DNA from: Kiritimatiellia bacterium
Lineage (GTDB): Bacteria; Verrucomicrobiota; Kiritimatiellia; RFP12; UBA1067
Length of the DNA: 64,000 bases
Assembly: GCA_045598785.1 (NCBI GenBank)
Contig: JAZLMR010000035.1
Span: 2,091 to 66,090, forward strand
Direction: 5' to 3'
A program made the position numbers and the translations under genes. This document shows positions 9,093 through 16,872 of the stretch, piece by piece. Under the pieces are notes generated by a model. That model searched no databases. It was not told the DNA's origin and saw nothing but the letters and a program-made list of their open reading frames with translations. Position 1 is the first letter of the stretch, and each line of letters begins with the position of its first letter.

Positions 9093-10857
9093 TGAACACC
9101 GCCTTTAGGATCGCTCCCGCCTTCGGCGCCGCCGTGCCGCCGCCGGACTGCCCGTTTTCAATGACTAGCGCCAGCGCCACCGTCGGCGCATCCGCGGGCG
9201 CGTAGGCAATGATCCAGGCGTTCTTGCGCCGATTGGTCGCCGGCCCGACTTCGGCCGTTCCGGTCTTGCCCGCCACTGGCACCGCCACCTCGTCGCCAGC
9301 CCGCCAGCCGGTACCGCGGTCCCCGTCGTGTCCGGCCACTACCATGCGCATACCCTCGCGGACCACCTGCAGATGCTCGCGCGGAAACGGCAGCCTCACG
9401 CGCTCGGGGGCCTGGTCAAGCTTCAGATGCGGCCGCACCAGATAGCCGGTGCCCAGAGCCCCGGCCATTCGCGCCATCTGCAACGGCGTCACCAGCAGCA
9501 TTCCCTGCCCAATCGACATCTGCACCAGATCGCCGAAGTACCACGGCTCGTGATAGGTGCGGAGCTTCCAGTCCGCAGTCGGCACCACCCCCGGATGTTC
9601 GCCCATGAAATCAACGCCTGTGCGCGAGCCGAGTCCCAGCGAGTGCGCGGCCTTGACCAGCGCGTTCGTGCCGGCTTCGACGCCGAAATAGCAGAAGAAC
9701 GGGTTGCAGCTTTTCATCATCGCCTCCCGAAGGTCCAGCTCGCCATGCCCCCAGCGAGCCGTGCAGCGCAAGTGCATCTGCCCCAGCGTGAACACGCCGC
9801 TGCAGCCATAGCTTTCCGATTCCGAAAGCCCCTCTCCCAGCCCCGCGAGCGCCGTGACCGGCTTGAACGTGGAGCCCGGCGCATAGGTCCCGTCCACCGC
9901 CCGATTCAAAAGCGGCAACGCGGGAGCTTCCTTCAGCCGCCGATAGCTGGCAAACGGGAAGATCGGCACGCAGTCATTGAGATCGAAGCTGGGCGCGCTG
10001 GCCATCGCCAGGATTTCGCCATTGCGCGGATCCATGACCACGCAGGCGCCGCGTTCGCCCGCCAACTGCGCCTCGACCACCCGCTGCAGCCCGACATCGA
10101 GCGTCAGCCGCAAGTCCGGCCCTTTCTGCGCCTTGACCGCCGTCCACTCCCGGATGGCCAGGCAGCGGGCGTCGACCAACAGTTTCCGCACTCCGCTCAC
10201 GCCGCGCAGATAGCCGTTGTAATAGGCTTCCAGCCCCGACTTGCCGATCGGTTCAGGCAAGACCAGCCGATAGTCGGCGTCCAGCGTCTCGCGCGAACCC
10301 GGCGCCGGCCGACCCACATAGCCGATCAGATGCGCCGCCAGCGAACCCTGCGGATAGATCCGCTCGTCGAATTCCATCAGGTTGAACCCGGGAAATTCCT
10401 GCTGATGCTCCGAAAACACCGCCAGCTCGCGCACGTCCAGATCGCGCCAGACCGTCAGCGGCAGCGCCCGCTCGCGCCGATTGACGTGCTGGCGGATTTC
10501 CTTCCCGCTAATCGTCGCCGGTCGGCCGATTCGCGCCCCGACCTCGGCAATCGCCTGCTCAATCGCCGCAATCGTCGCCTCCCAGCTCCGCCGCTGAAAG
10601 CCAGCCGGCTCGCAGACAATCGCCATCGACACCCGATTGTCCGCCAGCTTCTCGCCATTGCGGTCGACGATACGCCCGCGGATGCCGACCGTCTTGACGT
10701 TCCAGACCGACTGCCGCGAAGAGGCCTCGCCGTACTTGGCCGCCTCGTCGACTTGAATCGCCTTAAGCCGGACGCCGAGATAAGCTAGCCCGACGGCAAT
10801 CACCAAGGCGATGCCGATTGAAGTCAGTCGCCCGTATTCGACCTCATCCGGCTTCAT
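9082..10857 (-). CDS. mrdA: Penicillin-binding protein 2 (elongasome transpeptidase)
   Basis: 591 aa with an N-terminal membrane anchor, the PBP dimerisation domain and a transpeptidase domain carrying the S-T-F-K (SxxK) motif. Follows mreBCD. Confidence 0.85.
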   Translation of the reverse strand: MKPDEVEYGRLTSIGIALVIAVGLAYLGVRLKAIQVDEAAKYGEASSRQSVWNVKTVGIRGRIVDRNGEKLADNRVSMAIVCEPAGFQRRSWEATIAAIEQAIAEVGARIGRPATISGKEIRQHVNRRERALPLTVWRDLDVRELAVFSEHQQEFPGFNLMEFDERIYPQGSLAAHLIGYVGRPAPGSRETLDADYRLVLPEPIGKSGLEAYYNGYLRGVSGVRKLLVDARCLAIREWTAVKAQKGPDLRLTLDVGLQRVVEAQLAGERGACVVMDPRNGEILAMASAPSFDLNDCVPIFPFASYRRLKEAPALPLLNRAVDGTYAPGSTFKPVTALAGLGEGLSESESYGCSGVFTLGQMHLRCTARWGHGELDLREAMMKSCNPFFCYFGVEAGTNALVKAAHSLGLGSRTGVDFMGEHPGVVPTADWKLRTYHEPWYFGDLVQMSIGQGMLLVTPLQMARMAGALGTGYLVRPHLKLDQAPERVRLPFPREHLQVVREGMRMVVAGHDGDRGTGWRAGDEVAVPVAGKTGTAEVGPATNRRKNAWIIAYAPADAPTVALALVIENGQSGGGTAAPKAGAILKAVFNDR

Positions 10858-11302
10858 CGATCGCCGCCTTTCCCTCGGCCCAGATCAGCAACGCGCCAAC
10901 CGCCACCACTGTCACGATGCCCATGGGAATCGCCAGCAGAATCCGATAAAAGACTCCGCCGCCAAAACCGTTGGTCCACACCTCCAGCCAGACCTGGTAG
11001 CCCGGATAGGTCAGCAGGATGGCCGCCCGCGGCAGTTCCGTCCACCGCGTCACCGCCGCCACCAGCAGGAAATAACTGGCGCTAAGCATGACCGGCAACG
11101 ACGAAAGCGCATCCTCCAGCCCGCCGGCCGCCAAGGCGAACAGCATCGCTACCGCCGTCGCCCGCCGATACGCCAGAATCTGCACCGCCGCCAGCAACAC
11201 CGGCAGCCCCATCCCCGCGACCTTCGGCAACAACTCTTCCGCCGCGCCGCCCAAGAGCAGCGTCATCGCGGCGAAGACAAACTGGAGCACACTATTTTTC
11301 AC
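10844..11302 (-). CDS. mreD: Rod shape-determining protein MreD
   Basis: Small hydrophobic multi-TM protein directly after mreC. Start is uncertain. The track ORF starts at 11356, which would overlap mreC by 65 nt. I prefer the GTG at comp(11300..11302) (VKNSVLQFVFAAM...), or possibly the ATG at 11266. Confidence 0.6.
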   Translation of the reverse strand: MKNSVLQFVFAAMTLLLGGAAEELLPKVAGMGLPVLLAAVQILAYRRATAVAMLFALAAGGLEDALSSLPVMLSASYFLLVAAVTRWTELPRAAILLTYPGYQVWLEVWTNGFGGGVFYRILLAIPMGIVTVVAVGALLIWAEGKAAIDEAG

Positions 11303-12086
11303 AACGGATGAAGACGTCCTCCAGCGACGAAAAGTCGACTTGCGGCAGCACCTCACCCTCGCGTACGCGATCCTGTTCGTCCTTGCGGACGGCTAGCAAA
11401 GTGCCCACCTCAATGCCCTTGGGGAAAACTCCCCCCTGGCCCGATGTCAAAACCCGAGCACGCGGAGGCAGCTCCTCCGCGCCCGACCAACGCTTAAGCT
11501 CCAGCTTTTCCTCGCTGCCGCCCGAGAGAATGCCCGTAGCCCGCACTCCCTCGCCAGTTTCCACGACACAGGCGACCCGCACCGACCGGTCAGTCAACAG
11601 CAGCACCTCGGCCGTATGGGGCGAAACCGCGCCCACGCGCCCGACCAGGCCCTCGCTCACCGCGACCGCCGCCCCTTCCCGAATGCCATCCAGCGACCCG
11701 CGGTCAATTCGCAGCGAATGCCGCACGCCCGCCACCCCGCCCTGCTCAGAAAGGACGCTCGCCGCCCGCCAGACGCCGCGGGTGCGCTCGACATAACCCA
11801 GGACCTCGCGCAAACGAGCGTTCTCCGCCTCCAGCCGCTGGTTGTCGCCGCGCAGCATCATGAGCGCGGCCAGCTCCTGCCGCAAGCGGGCATTCTCGGC
11901 CGTCAGGGCCGCACCGCGAAAGCAGGCGACCACCCGATCGATGACCTCAACTCGCAAGAAACGGCCGGCCCGACTCAGCGGATATACCGCCTCGACCGCA
12001 AACGACCGGCAACAGACGAACAGCAGCGTCACCGCCGCCGCCAGCACCATCACGATGTAAGTTCCGGGAGTGCCGCCTGACTTCAC
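11292..12086 (-). CDS. mreC: Rod shape-determining protein MreC
   Basis: 264 aa with an N-terminal TM helix, a coiled coil (ENARLRQELAALMMLRGDNQRLEAENARLRE) and a C-terminal beta-rich domain. 4-nt ATGA overlap with the mreB stop. Confidence 0.8.
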   Translation of the reverse strand: MKSGGTPGTYIVMVLAAAVTLLFVCCRSFAVEAVYPLSRAGRFLRVEVIDRVVACFRGAALTAENARLRQELAALMMLRGDNQRLEAENARLREVLGYVERTRGVWRAASVLSEQGGVAGVRHSLRIDRGSLDGIREGAAVAVSEGLVGRVGAVSPHTAEVLLLTDRSVRVACVVETGEGVRATGILSGGSEEKLELKRWSGAEELPPRARVLTSGQGGVFPKGIEVGTLLAVRKDEQDRVREGEVLPQVDFSSLEDVFIRCEK

Positions 12087-13120
12087 GAAGCTCGCCTATT
12101 CCGGGCGAGGATGTCAAGCTCGTTCATGACCACCCCGGTACCTTCGGCCACCGCCGACAGCGGATCGTCCGCAATCGTGACGGGCAACCCCGTCTGCGCG
12201 GCCAAAAGCTTGTCGAGACCGCGAAGCTGGGCGCTGCCGCCCGAAAGCACGAGGCCCCGATCCACCAAATCCGCTGCCAGTTCCGGCTCGCAGTGGTCAA
12301 GCGTAGTGCGCACGGCATCCACGATCAACGCCACCGGATCCTTCAAGGCGTCACGAATCTCCTCCGAGGTTATGGTCAAAGTCTTGGGCAGGCCCGCCAC
12401 AATGTCCCTGCCCTTGATTTCCATCGTCTGCTCCTCGCCGGTCGGATAGGCGCTGCCGATCTGAATCTTCACCGCCTCCGCCGTGCGTTCGCCGATCATC
12501 AGGTTGTAAACCCGCTTGACATGGCTCATGATGGCATCGTCCATCGCATCGCCGCCCGCCGCGCGCGCGGAATAGCTGTGGACAATGCCCGCCAGCGAAA
12601 TGATCGCCACTTCGCAAGTGCCGCCGCCAATGTCAACGATCATCGAACCCGCCGGTTCCGACACCGGCAGCCCCACGCCGATCGCCGCCGCCATCGGCTC
12701 CTCAATCAGGAAGACCTCGCCCGCCCCGGCGGAATGCGCCGCATCTTCAACGGCGCGTTTCTCGACTTCGGTAATGCCCGACGGCACCGCGATGACCATG
12801 CGCGGCCGGGAATATTTGGAATAGAAGCGCGGCGGACACACCTTTTCGATGAAATACTTGAGCATCGCCTCGGTGATGTCAAAATCGGCAATCACGCCCG
12901 ACTTCATCGGCCGAATCGCCACGATGTTGCCGGGAGTGCGGCCCAACATGCGCTTGGCCTCCTCGCCGACCGCCAGCACTCGCTTCGACCCGGCTTGAAT
13001 CGCCACCACCGACGGCTCGCGCAGCACTACGCCACGATCCTTCGCGTACACCAGCGAATTCGCCGTGCCGAGATCGATGCCGATATCCGTGGAAAAAAGC
13101 GATTTGAGTTTTCCAAACAT
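12083..13120 (-). CDS. mreB: Actin-like rod-shape protein MreB
   Basis: 345 aa. N-terminus IGIDLGTANSLVY matches the canonical MreB/actin phosphate-1 motif, and the protein is MreB-like throughout. Confidence 0.95.
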   Translation of the reverse strand: MFGKLKSLFSTDIGIDLGTANSLVYAKDRGVVLREPSVVAIQAGSKRVLAVGEEAKRMLGRTPGNIVAIRPMKSGVIADFDITEAMLKYFIEKVCPPRFYSKYSRPRMVIAVPSGITEVEKRAVEDAAHSAGAGEVFLIEEPMAAAIGVGLPVSEPAGSMIVDIGGGTCEVAIISLAGIVHSYSARAAGGDAMDDAIMSHVKRVYNLMIGERTAEAVKIQIGSAYPTGEEQTMEIKGRDIVAGLPKTLTITSEEIRDALKDPVALIVDAVRTTLDHCEPELAADLVDRGLVLSGGSAQLRGLDKLLAAQTGLPVTIADDPLSAVAEGTGVVMNELDILARNRRAS

Positions 13121-13129
13121 AGCAAGAAT

Positions 13130-13158
13130 ATTTTATGTGATTTCGACCGATTAGTCAA
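13130..13158 (-). promoter_or_regulatory. Near-consensus sigma70-type promoter (TTGACT-17 bp-TAAAAT) for mreBCD-mrdA-rodA; predicted leaderless or near-leaderless mreB mRNA
   Basis: Minus-strand gtaTTGACTaatcggtcgaaatcacaTAAAATattcttgctATG. -35 at comp(13153..13158), -10 at comp(13130..13135), spacer exactly 17. The -10 ends 9 nt before the ATG and there is no SD. Confidence 0.5.
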
Positions 13159-13161
13159 TAC

Positions 13162-14526
13162 TCAACCGAAGAACGCCTTGTAGAGCGCGCGAACGGCATT
13201 GTCCCGGTCGGCGCTGCGGATGGCAATCATGAACGACACCTCCGACGAACCCTGGTTGACCATCGACATCGAGATGCCCACCGACGCCAGCGCCAGACAC
13301 GCCTTCGCCAGCATGCCCGGAGTATAGCACATGCCTTCGCCGACGATCATCAGCATCGTCAAGTCGCGCTCCACCATCACATAGTCAGGCTCCAGCTCCC
13401 GCTTGATCTCGTTGACGATCAAGTGCTCCTTCTCCCGCGGCAGATACTGCTCCTTGACCACCACGCACTGCGAGTCGACGCCCGAAGGCATGTGCTCGTA
13501 GGAGATGCCCGCGTTCTCCAGCACCTGCAACAGCCGCCGGCCAAAGCCGATCTGCCGGTTCATGAGGTACTTCTCGACCACGATGTTGCAGAAGCCGTCG
13601 GCGCTCGCAATGCCCACGACCGTGCCCGGGATCACCCGGCGCGACTGCTGGATCATCGTGCCCGGCTCCGCCGGATGGTTGGTATTGCGGATGTTGATCG
13701 GAATGCGCGCCTTGACCGCCGGAATGACCGCGTCGTCATTGAAGACGCCAAAGCCCGCATAGGCGAGTTCGCGCATTTCCCGATAGGTCATCGTCGGAAT
13801 GCCCTCGCCGTTCTTCACCTCCTCGACGATGCGCGGATCGCACGGATAGACCGAATCAACGTCCGTGAAGTTCTCGTAGACGTCGGCGCAGACCGCCGCC
13901 GCGAGAATCGACCCCGTGATGTCGCTGCCGCCCCGCGGAAAAGTCGCGACCTTGCCCTCGCGGGTATAGCCGAAGAAACCCGGATAGATGACAATGCCGT
14001 CAAAGTTCGAAAACGCCCGCGAAAGCCGACCGTAACTTTCGGGATCCAGCGTCGCATCGCCGAACTCGCCCTTGAGAATCATCCCCGTGTCCTTGGGGCT
14101 CGCATACCGCGCCTTCTTGCCGCGCGCCTCGAACGCCACCGCCACCAGTTTCGCATTGTTGTCCTCGCCGGCGGCCTTGATGAGATCCAGGAACTCCTTC
14201 GGCTGGAGCGTCGAGGCCTGACCGATCCGGTCCCGAAGGTCCTGCTCGATCGTCTTGACGATCGCCTCGCCCAGCTTAAGCTCGGCCGCCATTTCGGCAT
14301 AGCGCTCGACGACCGCGCCGAACTGCCGGTCGACATTCTCGCCGTTAAGCGCCGCCTCCGCCAGGCGAATCAGCAAATCGGTGACCTTGGTGTCGCCGGA
14401 CTGACGCTTGCCGGGCGCCGACACTACCACGATCCGCCGCGCCGGATCGGCCAGCACGATGTCAATGACCTTATTGAGTTGCGCCGCATTTGCCAGCGAC
14501 GATCCCCCGAATTTACAGACTTTCAT
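13162..14526 (-). CDS. lysC: Aspartate kinase
   Basis: 454 aa. N-terminal MKVCKFGGSSL is the aspartokinase/amino-acid-kinase signature, and the C-terminal half looks like an ACT regulatory region. Preceded by a TGGTATAAT extended -10 and an AGAGGAAG SD. Confidence 0.85.
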   Translation of the reverse strand: MKVCKFGGSSLANAAQLNKVIDIVLADPARRIVVVSAPGKRQSGDTKVTDLLIRLAEAALNGENVDRQFGAVVERYAEMAAELKLGEAIVKTIEQDLRDRIGQASTLQPKEFLDLIKAAGEDNNAKLVAVAFEARGKKARYASPKDTGMILKGEFGDATLDPESYGRLSRAFSNFDGIVIYPGFFGYTREGKVATFPRGGSDITGSILAAAVCADVYENFTDVDSVYPCDPRIVEEVKNGEGIPTMTYREMRELAYAGFGVFNDDAVIPAVKARIPINIRNTNHPAEPGTMIQQSRRVIPGTVVGIASADGFCNIVVEKYLMNRQIGFGRRLLQVLENAGISYEHMPSGVDSQCVVVKEQYLPREKEHLIVNEIKRELEPDYVMVERDLTMLMIVGEGMCYTPGMLAKACLALASVGISMSMVNQGSSEVSFMIAIRSADRDNAVRALYKAFFG

Positions 14527-14553
14527 AAGCTTCCTCTTGCCAAGATTCGGTGA

Positions 14554-14562
14554 ATTATACCA
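14554..14562 (-). promoter_or_regulatory. Extended -10 promoter (TGGTATAAT) for aspartate kinase
   Basis: Minus-strand gcggccgctttttGGTATAATtcaccgaatcttggcaaGAGGAAGcttATG. The -10 sits about 28 nt before the ATG, and the SD GAGGAAG is 3 nt upstream of the ATG. Confidence 0.45.
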
Positions 14563-14574
14563 AAAAGCGGCCGC

Positions 14575-15516
14575 TTAATGGCAACAATTCGCCCAGTCAG
14601 GCTCGGGGGCGCGGATTTCCGTCTCCACGCCCGAAACGGGATGCCGGAAACGCGCCGCCAGCGCATGCAGGCAATGGCCGACCTGATGCTCGACTGCAAA
14701 CGCCCCATAGAGCCGGTCGTTGACGATATGCATTCCCGCCAGCGCCAGTTGCGCCCGGATCTGATGGGTCACGCCGGTGAAGATCTTGACCTCCAGCAAG
14801 GTGCGCACTTCGTTTTCTTCCGTCAAATGCGCAAGCGGACGATAGGCAGTCACGGCCGGCAGCGGCCGGAGCCGGGCGCTTTGCGCTTGCGTCAGCCGAT
14901 TGTGCCGGGCGTCGATCATCCGGCAAAACGGCAAGGTGGGGTCGTGCACCAGCTCGTTGCGGAGCGTGCCGCCTACCGCCACCGAGCCTTCGACCAGCGC
15001 CAAATAGGTCTTCTCCACGGTCTGGGCCGCAAACTGCGCGCGCAAGGCCGAAAAGGCCGCCGCCGTCCGCGCCACCAGCACCAGCCCCGAAGTGTCGGCG
15101 TCGATGCGATGCAGCGCCCCCGCCATCAGCGGCGAATCGCCCAGCGCCCGGCACTCCGGATAGCGCGAAACCACCGCATTCATCAAAGTTCCCGTTTCGC
15201 GGCACGAAAGCGGCTGCACCGGCATGCCCGCCGGCTTATCAAAGGCCAGCAGCGCCGCATCTTCGAAAAGCGGCTGGGGACAGTCCCCCGCCGGCAGCAC
15301 CAGATTGTCCTGCGCCTCCAGTAGTTCAATCACCTGCAGCCGCTCGCCGCCGCGCAACTTAAGCCCCTTGGCCGCCCGCCGCCCGTTGACCAGCACCTTG
15401 CCGCCTTGCACCGCCTCGCGAACAAACGCCCGCGTAGAAGTCGGGAATTCCAAAAGCAAGGCGGCGTCCAACCGAACGCCGCCCTCCGTTACCGTCACCT
15501 CGACCTCGCGAATCAA
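14575..15516 (-). CDS. RluA-family 23S rRNA pseudouridine synthase (S4 domain plus catalytic domain, RluD-like)
   Basis: Has an S4-like N-terminal domain (VRLDAALLLEFPTSTRAFVREAVQGGKVLVNGRRA) and the RluA catalytic core (HRIDADTSGLVLVART). The track ORF extends to 15618, but that upstream part overlaps the small lipoprotein ORF. I place the start at the TTG at comp(15514..15516), overlapping the lipoprotein stop (TTGA). The GTG at 15498 is an alternative. Confidence 0.7.
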   Translation of the reverse strand: MIREVEVTVTEGGVRLDAALLLEFPTSTRAFVREAVQGGKVLVNGRRAAKGLKLRGGERLQVIELLEAQDNLVLPAGDCPQPLFEDAALLAFDKPAGMPVQPLSCRETGTLMNAVVSRYPECRALGDSPLMAGALHRIDADTSGLVLVARTAAAFSALRAQFAAQTVEKTYLALVEGSVAVGGTLRNELVHDPTLPFCRMIDARHNRLTQAQSARLRPLPAVTAYRPLAHLTEENEVRTLLEVKIFTGVTHQIRAQLALAGMHIVNDRLYGAFAVEHQVGHCLHALAARFRHPVSGVETEIRAPEPDWANCCH

Positions 15517-15677
15517 TCGTAGCGCTCCATGGCGGCCGGGGCAATTGGGGCAATGCCCTCCCAGCTCTTGTTCGACGCCCAAGGCAAGTCGGAATCTTCC
15601 GCCGTGTCGGCAATGCACCCCGCCAGCAGCGAAAGTGCAAAGGCCGCCAGAAAAACCTTAGTCAGCGAAAATGACAT
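15513..15677 (-). CDS. Candidate 54-aa lipoprotein (signal peptide plus lipobox LLAGC)
   Basis: MSFSLTKVFLAAFALSLLAGCIADTAEDSDLPWASNKSWEGIAPIAPAAMERYD is the C-terminal 54 aa of track ORF 15513..15977. ATG at comp(15675..15677). It overlaps the end of the upstream coiled-coil gene by 20 nt and the RluA start by 4 nt. Short, so low confidence. Confidence 0.3.
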   Translation of the reverse strand: MSFSLTKVFLAAFALSLLAGCIADTAEDSDLPWASNKSWEGIAPIAPAAMERYD

Positions 15678-16800
15678 CGTTAACCTGAACCTTGTCCTGT
15701 TCCCAGGCGCCCAGAATGTCGCAGACCACGAAGTTCTTGCCCTTGACCTCCTGACGCAGACGGATGCGCCCGACAAATTCGCCCGCCGGGCCCTTGAAGC
15801 CATCGCGGCGAATGCCGAACTCCATCGCCGGCATCGGCTTGTTGCCCTCCGGCCCCTTGAGCTCCTTGATGGCATCGGGGCAAAGCTCGACAATCGCGAA
15901 CATGTCTTCGTTATCCGCCACGATGACCTTGCCCTTGACCCCGGAAGAAAGCGACGAAACCGCCACCATGTCGGCACTGGAGCCGCTGCCCGGGCCCTGA
16001 GTCTGAATCGACTCCTGCAACAGCTTCTTCAACTGATCAATCAGCTTCTGGGCCTTGGCCGTCTCTTCCCGCGCCGCCTCAGTTTCGTCCTTGGCCGTGG
16101 CCACTTCGTCCTTCAACGAGGCAATCTCACCGTTGAGCTCGTCGGTACGGCCCTTGATCTTGACAATCTGATTCGCAAGATCGGCCTTCTCACCCTCCAG
16201 CTTGGTAAGCTTCGCCTGCTGCTCTTCAATCGTCACCTTGTCCTGACGGGCCTCGGGCTTGAGCTTGTTGATCTCCGCCACCACCGATTCCAGCTTTGCG
16301 CGCAGATCCGAAAGCGCGGCGCGCGTGGAATTAAGGCGCGACTGCTGCGTCTTCGCCGATTCGAACAGCTTCGAGAGCAGCTCGTCTTCCGTGCCCTTGC
16401 CGCGCATCAGCGGCTGATTGCCGTCCATCACCGGATTGCCGTCGAAGTCCAGCACGTAAACCTGACGGAGCTGGCTGCGGATGGACTGATCGTCCCAATT
16501 GTAGGTCTCAAGATTGGCCTGCTCCAGCGACGCCGGATACTCCTCCAGCACATTCTCCATGTCCGGCGAATCCACCAGCCGCGCTTCAACCGGCGAAGCG
16601 TCCTTCTTGATTTCAAAAGTCGCATCCTTCGACGGCTCGGCCTTTTCCAGCGTTCGCGCGATCTTGACGAAATAATCTTCCTGAAGACGGTTGCGGTCAG
16701 TCAACAGCGAACGCTTATCATTCAACTGCAGCTCAAAATAGAGCGAAGCACCTGCAAGCAGCAGAAACACGTAAACGAGAACGTGCAGAACTTTATTCAT
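15658..16800 (-). CDS. Membrane-anchored coiled-coil protein of unknown function
   Basis: 380 aa with an N-terminal TM helix (VLHVLVYVFLLLAGASLYF), about 200 aa of heptad-rich coiled coil, a GPGSGSS linker and a conserved-looking C-terminal globular domain. I recognise no family. Confidence 0.6.
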   Translation of the reverse strand: MNKVLHVLVYVFLLLAGASLYFELQLNDKRSLLTDRNRLQEDYFVKIARTLEKAEPSKDATFEIKKDASPVEARLVDSPDMENVLEEYPASLEQANLETYNWDDQSIRSQLRQVYVLDFDGNPVMDGNQPLMRGKGTEDELLSKLFESAKTQQSRLNSTRAALSDLRAKLESVVAEINKLKPEARQDKVTIEEQQAKLTKLEGEKADLANQIVKIKGRTDELNGEIASLKDEVATAKDETEAAREETAKAQKLIDQLKKLLQESIQTQGPGSGSSADMVAVSSLSSGVKGKVIVADNEDMFAIVELCPDAIKELKGPEGNKPMPAMEFGIRRDGFKGPAGEFVGRIRLRQEVKGKNFVVCDILGAWEQDKVQVNDVIFAD

Positions 16801-16832
16801 GATTTTTGGTACCTTTTGACAAACTGCTGGTT

Positions 16833-16861
16833 ATGATACACAATTTTTGGAATTTTCGCAA
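16833..16861 (-). promoter_or_regulatory. Sigma70-type promoter TTGCGA-17 bp-TATCAT upstream of the coiled-coil membrane protein gene
   Basis: Minus-strand gcgcTTGCGAaaattccaaaaattgtgTATCATaacc..., 32 nt before the ATG at 16800. -35 at comp(16856..16861), -10 at comp(16833..16838). Confidence 0.4.
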
Positions 16862-16872
16862 GCGCAAACTGA

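Noticed and set aside
14563-14577. GCGGCCGC followed by TTTTT after the RluA stop, as an intrinsic terminator
   Set aside because: The 8-mer is self-complementary with no loop, so it can only form a 2-3-bp stem. It is not a credible terminator hairpin. The T-run is more likely part of the lysC promoter spacer.
15678-15977. N-terminal 100 aa of the 154-aa minus ORF 15513..15977
   Set aside because: This frame overlaps the 3' end of the coiled-coil gene in another frame and encodes an R/S-rich string. Only the last 54 aa (signal peptide plus lipobox) look protein-like.
16816-16838. Plus-strand TTGACA ... TATGAT in the uvrA/coiled-coil gap
   Set aside because: Spacer is only 10 bp and there is no plus-strand gene downstream. 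The convincing promoter in this gap is on the minus strand (TTGCGA-17-TATCAT).
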